NCBI RefSeq assembly: GCF_046119375.1
Contig: NW_027362762.1
Location: 407,030,001 to 407,094,000, forward strand
DNA length: 64,000 bases
Origin: Phyllobates terribilis
Lineage: Eukaryota
Reading direction: 5' to 3'
Position 1 is the first letter of the stretch, and each line of letters begins with the position of its first letter. The position numbers were made by a program, and so were the translations under genes. Below are positions 12,078-20,489 of this stretch, piece after piece. The notes under the pieces are model-generated. The model was not told where the DNA came from, did not search any database, and saw nothing but the letters and a program-made list of their open reading frames with translations.

Positions 12078-12240
12078 GTTCCATTTATCTTCAGCCTAGG
12101 TGACGTATTGCGATACAGGGCCGTGATTTTGGCTATAAAAGTGTCCCCTAGACCCCTACCCCAAGCTTTTTAAGAGAATCATATATGGCGTGCCAGGAGA
12201 CTCTATGGAATGCTTTCTCAGCATCCAACGAGAGTATCTA
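12078..12240 (-). pseudogene. L1-clade LINE RT fragment, part 1
   Basis: Translates ILSLDAEKAFHRVSW...LGVG, then after a frameshift FIAKITALY...KINGT, which joins FSSPF of part 2. Confidence 0.88.
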
Positions 12241-12310
12241 ATTACAAATTTTTAACTGCATCTAGCCCAGGAAATACTTTGTGCCTAGTAGCAGGGTCTG
12301 CTAGTCAGCG

Positions 12311-12613
12311 GATTATCCCGGCTGTTAAGCAAGCTACACCACCTGTAGTTTGGACACTTCATTTTATCAAAGGAAATGCTTCGGGACCACGGGATACTCA
12401 GTGAAGAGCATCAGGAGGCACCCCAAGGCATAGGGGCTCGGACTGGCAGTAGGATGCCTTGCGGTGGACAGCCGAGCTCGATCCTTATAAAAGCTTTTTA
12501 ACTGCAGCAGCTTTAGTGGACGCTACTGGAGCTGGAATTACGCGGCTGCTGGCATGAGACTTGCCCTCCAATAGATCCTTGTAAATGGATTTAAAGTGTA
12601 TTTATTCAAATTA
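12311..12613 (-). pseudogene. 18S rRNA: Degenerate 18S rRNA fragment (helix 18 / 530-loop region into V4)
   Basis: Reverse complement reads ...tacactttaaatcc...ggatctattggagggcaagtctcatgccagcagccgcgtaattccagctccagtagcg...ctgcagttaaaaagc...ggatcgagctc...gatgctcttcactgagtatccc...cccgaagc, matching the universal eukaryotic 18S core and amphibian-like V4 from memory. The match is strong at ~12342-12613 and weaker to 12311. Confidence 0.9.
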
Positions 12614-13119
12614 GAGAGACAATTTAAATTAAAAAGCTTAGAGCTGCCTCCACCACAGGGGGGCTCGCTCGACCCACCAGCGGACAGGCACCAGTATTGG
12701 GAGAGGGGGGCTGGCCGTCAGGGTTCACCGCGGCTCTGGCACAAACCCGGCGACACGGAGGTGGCACGGGCAGGAGCGGACTGAACGTGTCGGCTTCTCA
12801 CTTTTTGGATTTTAGAAGGGCATGACATGCCTATATCTGTGTCTCCCCCTCCTTTTACTCCTCCACCTCTTTTCTTTTCGCATGACTATATGTACTTGTC
12901 ACTTTTCCATGTGTTAGTTGTGTCTTCTGAGCAGTTTGTCAGCTTTTGGACACCTTTGAAGGTGTTTTCTATGTGTTTCTATGTGTTTTTGTTTGCCTGC
13001 CGTTAGTTTTAACGGTGTTCGAAGGTGTTCGACGAACAGTTCGACGAACAGTTCGGCGAACACACGGGTGTTCGACGAACCGAACCGAACTCGAACACTA
13101 CGGGGGTGGCTCAACACTA

Positions 13120-13520
13120 ATTAGGAAGTGGATCTCCCAATGTGTTTGCCTATGCAGTGAATGAAAGGTTTGCCAAAAATTTGAAGGCACTCCAATGCCC
13201 CTTAGAAGAGACATGAAGGTCAGAGGTCCTCCTGAAAACAATGTTCCCATCAATAGGAAGTGGGTCTCCCATAGTTTTGACCTACTCCGTGAATGCAAGG
13301 GCTACAAAAATTGGGAGGCACTCCAATGCCTCTTGGAAGAGACGTAGAGAGCATCATGAAAAAATGTTCCCATTATTAGGAAGTGGGTCTCCCATAGTGT
13401 TGGCCTATTCAGTGAAAGCAAGGACTGCCAAAAATTTGGAAGCAATCCAATGCACCTTGAAAAAGACGTGGAGGAGGGCTTCATTAAAAAAAAATGTTCC
13501 CATTAAGAAGGAGTGGGTCT
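13120..13520. repeat. ~130-bp tandem repeat of hAT-B (right part)
   Basis: Same unit as 1139-1574; gtggg/atctccc recurs at 13128, 13260, 13383 and 13513. Confidence 0.85.
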
Positions 13521-13722
13521 CCGATACTTGTAATGCCCATGCACTTTGTGTATGGGCTGAAAAATATATATCTCTGGGGGGTATACATGAACATACTGTA
13601 TACATTTTTTTTTACGGGCATCATGAACACCCTTTATAAAAATGATGTGGGTGTTGCATCACGGACAACGGTGACCCTGGTGATATGGTGGTGAAGGATG
13701 AGGAGAAGGAGGAGGACAAGAG

Positions 13723-14939
13723 TGTAGTGCCGGCGTCCCTGCCCTCTGCTAGGCAGGGACGCTGCTCCCCTCACCGCTCTGCCCCGTGCCCGGCGTCCCT
13801 CTCCCGCTCTGCTGTCAGCGCGCGCTCCTTCCCGGCGTCCTCCTCCCGCTCTGCTCTCTGCGCGCGCTCCTTCCCGGCCCCTGTGCTTAGGGCGCGCGCG
13901 CGCGCTCCCCTCCTCTTATAGGGGCCGCGCGCGTCGTCCTAAGGAGTCCCCGGCCAATGGCCGGAGGACTTCATCATATATAAGGCACCTCCTCCAAAAT
14001 GGAGGTGCCCGAGCAATGTTGTTTGCACCTGTGTCTCACCTTTGCTTCAGCCCTCAGGTCCCGTTGCCAGTTACCTGCCAGTTACCTGTCAGATTCCTGC
14101 CTGATTACTTGCTACCTGTCTGCTAGTCTGAGGTCCGACGGTCTAACTTACTACTCCTGTCAGTCTGTCTAAGGACCAGCCTGCCCGCTCACCTGGGAGC
14201 GCTTCTCCGCTACCTGCCTGCTTGCCTGCCCGGAGGCTCCGCTGTCACGTGCTGTGACCACCAGCTATTCCAGAGACTCTCGCCCGCTCACCTGGGAGCG
14301 CACATCAGCTACCTGCCTGCCTGCCTGAGGTCCGACGGTCTGCCTACCAACTCCTGTCAGTCTGTCTATGGACCAGCTTGCCCGCTCACCTGGGAGCGCA
14401 CATCTGCTATCTGCCTGCTAAGCCTACCTGGAGGCTCCGCCGTCACGTGCTGTGACCACCTGCCTGTCCAGTGACTCCTGCCCGCTCACCTGGGAGCGCT
14501 CATCTGCTACCTGTCTGTTTGCCTACCCGGAGGCTCTGCTGTCACGTGCTGTGACCACCCGCCTGTCCAGAGACTTCTGCCCGCTCACCTGGGAGCGCTC
14601 ATCTGTCGCCTGTCCGCTGGTCTTCCTGGAGGCTCCGCCGTCACATGCTGTGACCACCCGTTCATCCAGAGACTCTCGCCTGCTCACCTGGGAGCTCTCG
14701 TCTATCTTCAGCCGCCACAGGTCGTACCAACCCTATACCTAGAGACTGCCCCGGTTACTTGCCGTGACCTCCAGCCCCGTTCACTCAGAGACTGTCCCGT
14801 TCACTCAGAGACTGTCCCGTTCACTCAGAGACTGTCCAGGTCACCTCCTGTGACTGCCTGCCTGGTCGCCACCCGCTCCCGTACAAGGACCGCCCCCTTG
14901 TATTGTAGCCCAGAGGTTCCGCCTCCCAGACCCGTTACA
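13723..14939 (+). repeat. 5' LTR (1217 bp)
   Basis: tgtagtgccg...ccgttaca; about 11 substitutions and one 2-bp indel versus the 3' LTR by eye. Confidence 0.96.
13954..13983 (+). promoter_or_regulatory. LTR promoter: CCAAT and TATA box
   Basis: CCAAT 13954-13958 and TATATAA 13977-13983, downstream of a GC-rich U3. Confidence 0.7.
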
Positions 14940-14950
14940 GTTGCTCGGGC
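14940..14950 (+). promoter_or_regulatory. Self-priming primer-binding site (not tRNA-type)
   Basis: TTGCTCGGGC (14941-14950) is the exact reverse complement of LTR 14007-14016. No TGG tRNA-type PBS follows the LTR. Confidence 0.8.
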
Positions 14951-14951
14951 C

Positions 14952-15902
14952 ATGGAACCCGGTGGCACCCAAGCTCCCTCGCTCTCGGACCTGTGTGATG
15001 AACTGTCCCGTCAAAGGTCCCAACAGGAGTCCATCTTGGGTCACCTGCGGAATGTCAATACTCGCCTGGATACTCTGACTGCTCCACCGACAACCTCCGC
15101 CAGTGCCATGTCTCGCAATCCGGCAGCTCCGCTGCCCACTAATACCATGGTATCCTACCCCGGACCCCGGATTTCTGCACCTCCTCGCTTCGGAGGCGAC
15201 TCCGTCCAGGCTCGGGGCTTCATAAATCAGTGCACCCTGCACTTTGAACTATTGTCCCACCAGTTTAACTCCGACCGAGCCAAAATTGCATTCATCATGT
15301 CCCATCTCACCGGGGAGGCTCTGGCCTGGCTAAATCCTCTATGGGAGAGAGGAGACCCCCTGGTGTCCAACTTGCCTGCTTTTCTCACGGCTTTCCGGAA
15401 AGTCTTCGACGAACCCGGACGGAAGACCTCATCCGCATCATCATTGCTACGCCTCCGTCAGGAAAGCCTCACCGTGGGCCAATATGCCATACGGTTCCGT
15501 ACCCTTGCCTCGGAGCTGGCCTGGGATAACGACGCTCTGGTTTCCGTCTTCTGGGAGGGTCTGTCCGGCCGTATTAAAGATGAACTTGCCGGTCGGGACA
15601 TTCCTACCACTCTCGATGACTTAATAACTCTTGCCACCCGGATTGACCTACGGTTCCAGGAGCGTGCCAGAGAGGTCACCCGTGAGAGGAGGTTACTACG
15701 TCTAGCTCCTACTTTTCAGAAACCCGTCACTCCTTCTGTCTCTAACCAGGTACACCCTCCTGAGCCTATGCAGGTCGACCAGACCAAGATGGTCAAGACC
15801 CGTCAGGACTTACGCCGTGCCGAGGGGACCTGCTTCTACTGTGGCAGTAAGGAGCACCGGATCCATGCCTGCCCGGAGAGGTTGGGAAACGCCTGTGTCT
15901 AG
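14952..15902 (+). CDS. gag: Gag (capsid plus CCHC zinc knuckle)
   Basis: ATG immediately after the PBS; PPRFGGD...RGFINQC capsid motif; CFYCGSKEHRIHAC = CX2CX4HX4C. The ORF-track start at 14850 is a GTG inside the LTR. Confidence 0.93.
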   Translation: MEPGGTQAPSLSDLCDELSRQRSQQESILGHLRNVNTRLDTLTAPPTTSASAMSRNPAAPLPTNTMVSYPGPRISAPPRFGGDSVQARGFINQCTLHFELLSHQFNSDRAKIAFIMSHLTGEALAWLNPLWERGDPLVSNLPAFLTAFRKVFDEPGRKTSSASSLLRLRQESLTVGQYAIRFRTLASELAWDNDALVSVFWEGLSGRIKDELAGRDIPTTLDDLITLATRIDLRFQERAREVTRERRLLRLAPTFQKPVTPSVSNQVHPPEPMQVDQTKMVKTRQDLRRAEGTCFYCGSKEHRIHACPERLGNACV

Positions 15903-15944
15903 GTTCGCTCAGAGAGGTCCACCTAGACAAGAATAAATCCTCTC
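15884..15944 (+). promoter_or_regulatory. -1 ribosomal frameshift signal: G GGA AAC plus predicted H-type pseudoknot
   Basis: Slippery heptamer 15884-15890 in the correct X XXY YYZ phase. Stem 1: tgtctaggt 15896-15904 / acctagaca 15921-15929. Stem 2: gagagg 15912-15917 / cctctc 15939-15944. The -1 frame is open into pol. Confidence 0.82.
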
Positions 15945-18900
15945 CATCCCTGCTGTTGTCAGTTTCAATCGTCTACGGGGAGAACCGTTATTTCGAACTA
16001 GCCCAACTGGACTCTGGAGCAGCCGGGAATCTTATTTCACAGTCCCTGGTAGAGAAATACCGCATCCCCACCAAACCTCTGGCTGTACCCTTGTCTGTGG
16101 CTGCCGTGGATGGGGGGCTCTTACCACGCCCCATCCAACTCATCACCGAATCCATTACTCTGCAGGTGGGAATGCTGCATTCTGAAAGTATCTCCTTTCA
16201 TGTTCTGCCTGGACTCTCTCACGCCCTCTTGCTAGGTCTGCCTTGGCTCCAGAAACATGCACCCGTGCTTGACTGGCAAACCGGAGAAGTCCTTCGCTGG
16301 GGACAAGACTGTCATAAGACCTGCCTGGTTCCCGTCCATCCCGTCCGTCCCTCTCCTACCCCAGCTAATCTACCTGGACTTCCGATTCCTTATTGGTCTT
16401 ATGCTGATGTCTTTAATAAAAAGGAGGCAGAGACCTTACCCCCTCATAGACCATACGACTGTCCCATCGACCTGTTACCCGGTACTACTCCTCCCCGTGG
16501 GCGTATTTATCCTTTATCCGCTGCTGAGACCCGGTCGATGTCCGAATATATTGAGGAGAATCTGGCCAGGGGATTCATCCGGAAATCTACCTCCCCGGCG
16601 GGAGCAGGCTTCTTTTTCGTCAAAAAGAAGGACGGCTCTCTCCGTCCCTGTATAGACTATAGAGGCCTAAACCAGATCACGGTGAAGAATAAGTACCCCC
16701 TTCCGCTCATTCCAGAATTATTTGATCGTCTGAGGGGGGCTAGAATCTTCACCAAACTAGACCTCCGTGGGGCATACAACCTGGTTCGTATCCGTCAGGG
16801 GGATGAATGGAAGACGGCATTCAACACCCGGGACGGCCACTATGAATACCTGGTAATGCCCTTTGGTCTCTGTAACGCTCCTGCCGTCTTTCAAGAGTTG
16901 GTCAATGACATCTTCCGGGACCTTCTCTACTCCTGCGTAGTGGTGTACCTGGACGACATCTTGGTCTTCTCTCCGGATCTCCAGACTCACCGGAGGGACG
17001 TTCGTCAGGTCCTGCTCAGGCTCAGGCAGAATCACCTCTTCGCTAAATACGAGAAGTGCCTCTTTGAGCAGACCTCGCTTCCGTTTTTGGGCTACATTAT
17101 TTCTCAGACCGGCCTACGAATGGATCCAGAGAAACTGTCTGCCATCGAGAAATGGCCCCGACCGGAGGGGTTGAAAGCCATTCAGCGGTTCCTGGGCTTC
17201 GCCAACTACTACCGCCTCTTCATACCACACTTCTCTTCCCGGACTGCCCCAATTTCCGCGCTCACCCGTAAGGGTACTAATCCCAAACAGTGGCCGCCCG
17301 AAGCAGAAGAAGCCTTTCTTTCCTTAAAACAGGCCTTCTCTTCCGCCCCGGTGCTGCATCGCCCGGACGGCAACAAGCAGTTCTTCCTGGAAGTGGACGC
17401 CTCCTCCTCTGGAGCTGGAGCGGTACTTACTCAAAAATCTTCTTCCGGGAGGATGGTAACTTGCGGCTTCTTCTCTAAACTCTTCTCCTCCTCAGAGCGC
17501 AATTATTCCATAGGAGATCGAGAGTTATTGGCCATCAAACTGGCATTGGAGGAGTGGCGTTACCTGCTTGAGGGGGCTCTTCACCCGGTAATAATTTACA
17601 CTGACCAAAAGAACTTGGCTTACCTCCAGCATGCCCAGAGACTTAACCCGCGCCAAGCCCGGTGGTCCTTGTTTTTTGCTCGTTTTGATTTTGTCCTTCA
17701 TTTTCGCCCGGCTGACAAAAACGTCAAGGCGGACGCCTTGTCTCGATCCTTTCTGGTATCTGATCTCGAGGAAGATCCGAAACACATCATCGATCCCGCC
17801 AGAGTAATGCAGGTGGCTCCCGTGAGTCTAAATCGTCTCCCTCCCGGAAAGACGTTCGTATCAGTACCTGATCGGGAGAAGATCCTTCACTGGGGTCACT
17901 TGTCTAAACTGGCTGGCCACGCTGGTCAGAAGAAGACCCTCCAGCTTATTTCCCGTCACTACTGGTGGCCTACCCTGCACAAGGATGTAATAGACTTTGT
18001 TTCTGCCTGTGTGTCCTGCGCCCGCAACAAGGTTCCGAGACATCTGCCAGCCGGTCGCCTCCTTCCGCTCCCAGTACCTGCTGCCCCCTGGCAGCATATT
18101 GCAATGGACTTCATAACTGACCTCCCACTCTCTGCCGGTTGTACGGTCATTTGGGTGGTCGCTGACCGCTTCTCCAAGATGGCTCATTTCGTTCCCCTAC
18201 CAGGCCTCCCGTCTGCACCCGAGCTAGCTAGAGACTTTATTCGTCACATCTTCCGTCTTCATGGCCTGCCCCTCCACATCGTGTCGGATCGTGGGGTACA
18301 GTTCACCTCACGCTTCTGGAGAGCCACTTGTAAACTACTAGACGTCACCCTGGACTTCTCTTCCGCTTACCACCCACAGTCCAATGGTCAAGTGGAGCGG
18401 ATCAATCAGAACCTGACCAGTTACCTCCGGCACTTCGTTAATGCCCACCATTCTGACTGGGTGGATCTCCTACCATGGGCCGAGTTCTCTTACAATAATC
18501 ACGAGAGCGAATCCTCCTCCAAATCCCCGTTTTTTGTAGTCTTTGGTCAGCATCCTAGGATTCCTTTTCCTGTCTCCACCTCGGTGGACAACCCGGCTGC
18601 GGAATCTCTCGTTAGCAAATTTTCCTCCATTTGGGAGAGTACCCGATCCGCACTCCTTCAGTCGTCCGAACGGATGAAAAGACACGCTGACAAAAAACGC
18701 CTGGATCCTCCTCAATTTCGTCCAAGAGATAAGGTCTGGCTCTCATCTAAATATGTTCGACTCAAGATACCTTCTTACAAGTTAGGGCCTCGGTTCATCG
18801 GACCTCTGGAGGTCACCAGTCAGATCAACCCGGTGGCCTATAAATTGAAACTCCCGGCCAACTTACGGATCCCTAACTCCTTCCATGTATCTCTCCTCAA

Positions 18901-19351
18901 ACCTGTGGTACTTAACTCTTTTTCCAAGTCTACAGGTACGCCTCCTGCTCCGGTTTCCGCTGAGGACGAGTTTGAGGTAGAGAACATTCTTGCCACCAAA
19001 AGGGTAAGAGGAAAGACCTTTTTTCTGGTAGATTGGAAGGGGTTTGGTCCTGAGGAGAGAACGTGGGAGCCCCGGGAGAACATCCATGCCCCTCTCATCC
19101 TAGCTAAATTTCTGTCTGGCCTAAAAAAGGGGGGGCCTAAAGGGGGGGGTACTGTAGTGCCGGCGTCCTTGCCCTCTGCTAGGCAGGGATGCTGCTCCCC
19201 TCACCGCTCTGCCCCGTGCCCGGCGTCCCTCTCCCGCTCTGCTGTCAGCGCGCGCTCCTTCCCGGCGTCCTCCTCCCGCTCTGCTCTCTGCGCGCGCTCC
19301 TTCCCGGCCCCTGTGCTTAGGGCGCGCGCGCGCGCGCTCCCCTCCTCTTAA
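15884..19351 (+). CDS. pol: Pol polyprotein (protease, RT, RNase H, integrase, chromodomain)
   Basis: LDSGA protease; VYLDDIL RT; EVDAS RNase H; HHCC plus D(AMDF)-D(VSDRG)-E(VERIN) integrase; GPRFIGP module; FEVENIL...FLVDWKGFGPEERTWEP chromodomain; no stops. Confidence 0.96.
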   Translation, partial: GKRLCLGSLREVHLDKNKSSPSLLLSVSIVYGENRYFELAQLDSGAAGNLISQSLVEKYRIPTKPLAVPLSVAAVDGGLLPRPIQLITESITLQVGMLHSESISFHVLPGLSHALLLGLPWLQKHAPVLDWQTGEVLRWGQDCHKTCLVPVHPVRPSPTPANLPGLPIPYWSYADVFNKKEAETLPPHRPYDCPIDLLPGTTPPRGRIYPLSAAETRSMSEYIEENLARGFIRKSTSPAGAGFFFVKKKDGSLRPCIDYRGLNQITVKNKYPLPLIPELFDRLRGARIFTKLDLRGAYNLVRIRQGDEWKTAFNTRDGHYEYLVMPFGLCNAPAVFQELVNDIFRDLLYSCVVVYLDDILVFSPDLQTHRRDVRQVLLRLRQNHLFAKYEKCLFEQTSLPFLGYIISQTGLRMDPEKLSAIEKWPRPEGLKAIQRFLGFANYYRLFIPHFSSRTAPISALTRKGTNPKQWPPEAEEAFLSLKQAFSSAPVLHRPDGNKQFFLEVDASSSGAGAVLTQKSSSGRMVTCGFFSKLFSSSERNYSIGDRELLAIKLALEEWRYLLEGALHPVIIYTDQKNLAYLQHAQRLNPRQARWSLFFARFDFVLHFRPADKNVKADALSRSFLVSDLEEDPKHIIDPARVMQVAPVSLNRLPPGKTFVSVPDREKILHWGHLSKLAGHAGQKKTLQLISRHYWWPTLHKDVIDFVSACVSCARNKVPRHLPAGRLLPLPVPAAPWQHIAMDFITDLPLSAGCTVIWVVADRFSKMAHFVPLPGLPSAPELARDFIRHIFRLHGLPLHIVSDRGVQFTSRFWRATCKLLDVTLDFSSAYHPQSNGQVERINQNLTSYLRHFVNAHHSDWVDLLPWAEFSYNNHESESSSKSPFFVVFGQHPRIPFPVSTSVDNPAAESLVSKFSSIWESTRSALLQSSERMKRHADKKRLDPPQFRPRDKVWLSSKYVRLKIPSYKLGPRFIGPLEVTSQINPVAYKLKLPANLRIPNSFHVSLLKPVVLNSFSKSTGTPPAPVSAEDEFEVENILATKRVRGKTFFLVDWKGFGPEERTWEPRENIHAPLILAKFLSGLKKGGPKGGGTVVPASLPSARQGCCSPHRSAPCPASLSRSAVSARSFPASSSRSALCARSFPAPVLRARARALPSS
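19123..19149 (+). promoter_or_regulatory. Polypurine tract (two adjacent purine runs)
   Basis: aaaaaaggggggg (19123-19135), cct, aaagggggggg (19139-19149), ending 3 nt before the 3' LTR. Confidence 0.85.
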
Positions 19352-20371
19352 AGGGGCCGCGTGCGTCGTCCTAAGGAGTCCCCGGCCAATGGCCGGAGGA
19401 CTTCATCATATATAAGGCACCTCCTCCAAAATGGAGGTGCCCGAGCAATGTTGTTTGCACCTGTGTCTCACCTGTGCTTCAGCCCTCAGGCCCCGTTGCC
19501 AGTTACCTGCCAGTTACCTGTCAGATTCCTGCCTGATTACTTGCTACCTGTCTGCTAGTCTGAGGTCCGACGGTCTGCCTTACTACTCCTGTCAGTCTGT
19601 CTAAGGACCAGCCTGCCCGCTCACCTGGGAGCGCTTCTCCGCTACCTGCCTGCTTGCCTGCCCGGAGGCTCCGCTGTCACGTGCTGTGACCACCAGCTAT
19701 TCCAGAGACTCTCGCCCGCTCACCTGGGAGCGCACATCAGCTACCTGCCTGCCTGCCTGAGGTCCGACGGTCTGCCTACCAACTCCTGTCAGTCTGTCTA
19801 TGGACCAGCTTGCCCGCTCACCTGGGAGCGCACATCTGCTATCTGCCTGCTAAGCCTACCTGGAGGCTCCGCCGTCACGTGCTGTGACCACCTGCCTGTC
19901 CAGTGACTCCTGCCCGCTCACCTGGGAGCGCTCATCTGCTACCTGTCTGTTTGCCTACCCGGAGGCTCTGCCGTCACGTGCTGTGACCACCCGCCTGTCC
20001 AGAGACTTCTGCCCGCTCACCTGGGAGCGCTCATCTGTCGCCTGTCCGCTGGTCTTCCTGGAGGCTCCGCCGTCACATGCTGTGACCACCCGTTCATCCA
20101 GAGACTCTCGCCTGCTCACCTGGGAGCTCTCGTCTATCTTCAGCCGCCACAGGTCGTACCAACCCTATACCTAGAGACTGCCCCGGTCACTTGCCGTGAC
20201 CTCCAGCCCCGTTCACTCAGAGACTGTCCCGTTCACTCAGAGACTGTCCCGTTCACTCAGAGACTGTCCAGGTCACCTCCTGTGACTGCCTGCCTGGTCG
20301 CCACCCGCTCCCTTACAAGGACCGCCCCCTTGTATTGTAGCCCAGAGGTTCCGCCTCCCAGACCCGTTACA
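19153..20371 (+). repeat. 3' LTR (1219 bp)
   Basis: Near-identical to the 5' LTR; followed by TSD AAGAG. Confidence 0.96.
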
Positions 20372-20489
20372 AAGAGCAAATAGCCAAAATCAGGAAGCAT
20401 ATACCCATGTGTGGGTGTGAAAAGGTGCATGGGAATACACCTCCCAAAAAAAGACACTGGATTTGAGTTTGTTACGTTGCTATTTTTTG

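Larger units (their letters stand above)
1575..13119 (+). mobile_element. Composite autonomous hAT transposon ('hAT-A')
   Basis: Imperfect TIRs TAGAGATGAGC / GCTCAACACTA. Perfect 8-bp TSD ATTAGGAA at 1567-1574 and 13120-13127. GTTCG/CGAAC subterminal motifs at both ends. Intact transposase ORF. Confidence 0.93.
13723..20371 (+). mobile_element. Full-length Ty3/Gypsy chromovirus (Tf1/sushi group) LTR retrotransposon
   Basis: Two ~1.2-kb LTRs (TG...CA); 5-bp TSD AAGAG (13718-13722 / 20372-20376); intact gag and pol in PR-RT-RH-IN-chromodomain order. Confidence 0.97.

Noticed and set aside
12311-12613. Functional rRNA gene or rDNA unit
   Set aside because: Only a short internal fragment, with substitutions in universally conserved positions and no flanking 18S, ITS or 28S.
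18900-19351. env-like gene in the LTR element
   Set aside because: No extra ORF between pol and the 3' LTR; the pol tail is simply LTR sequence.
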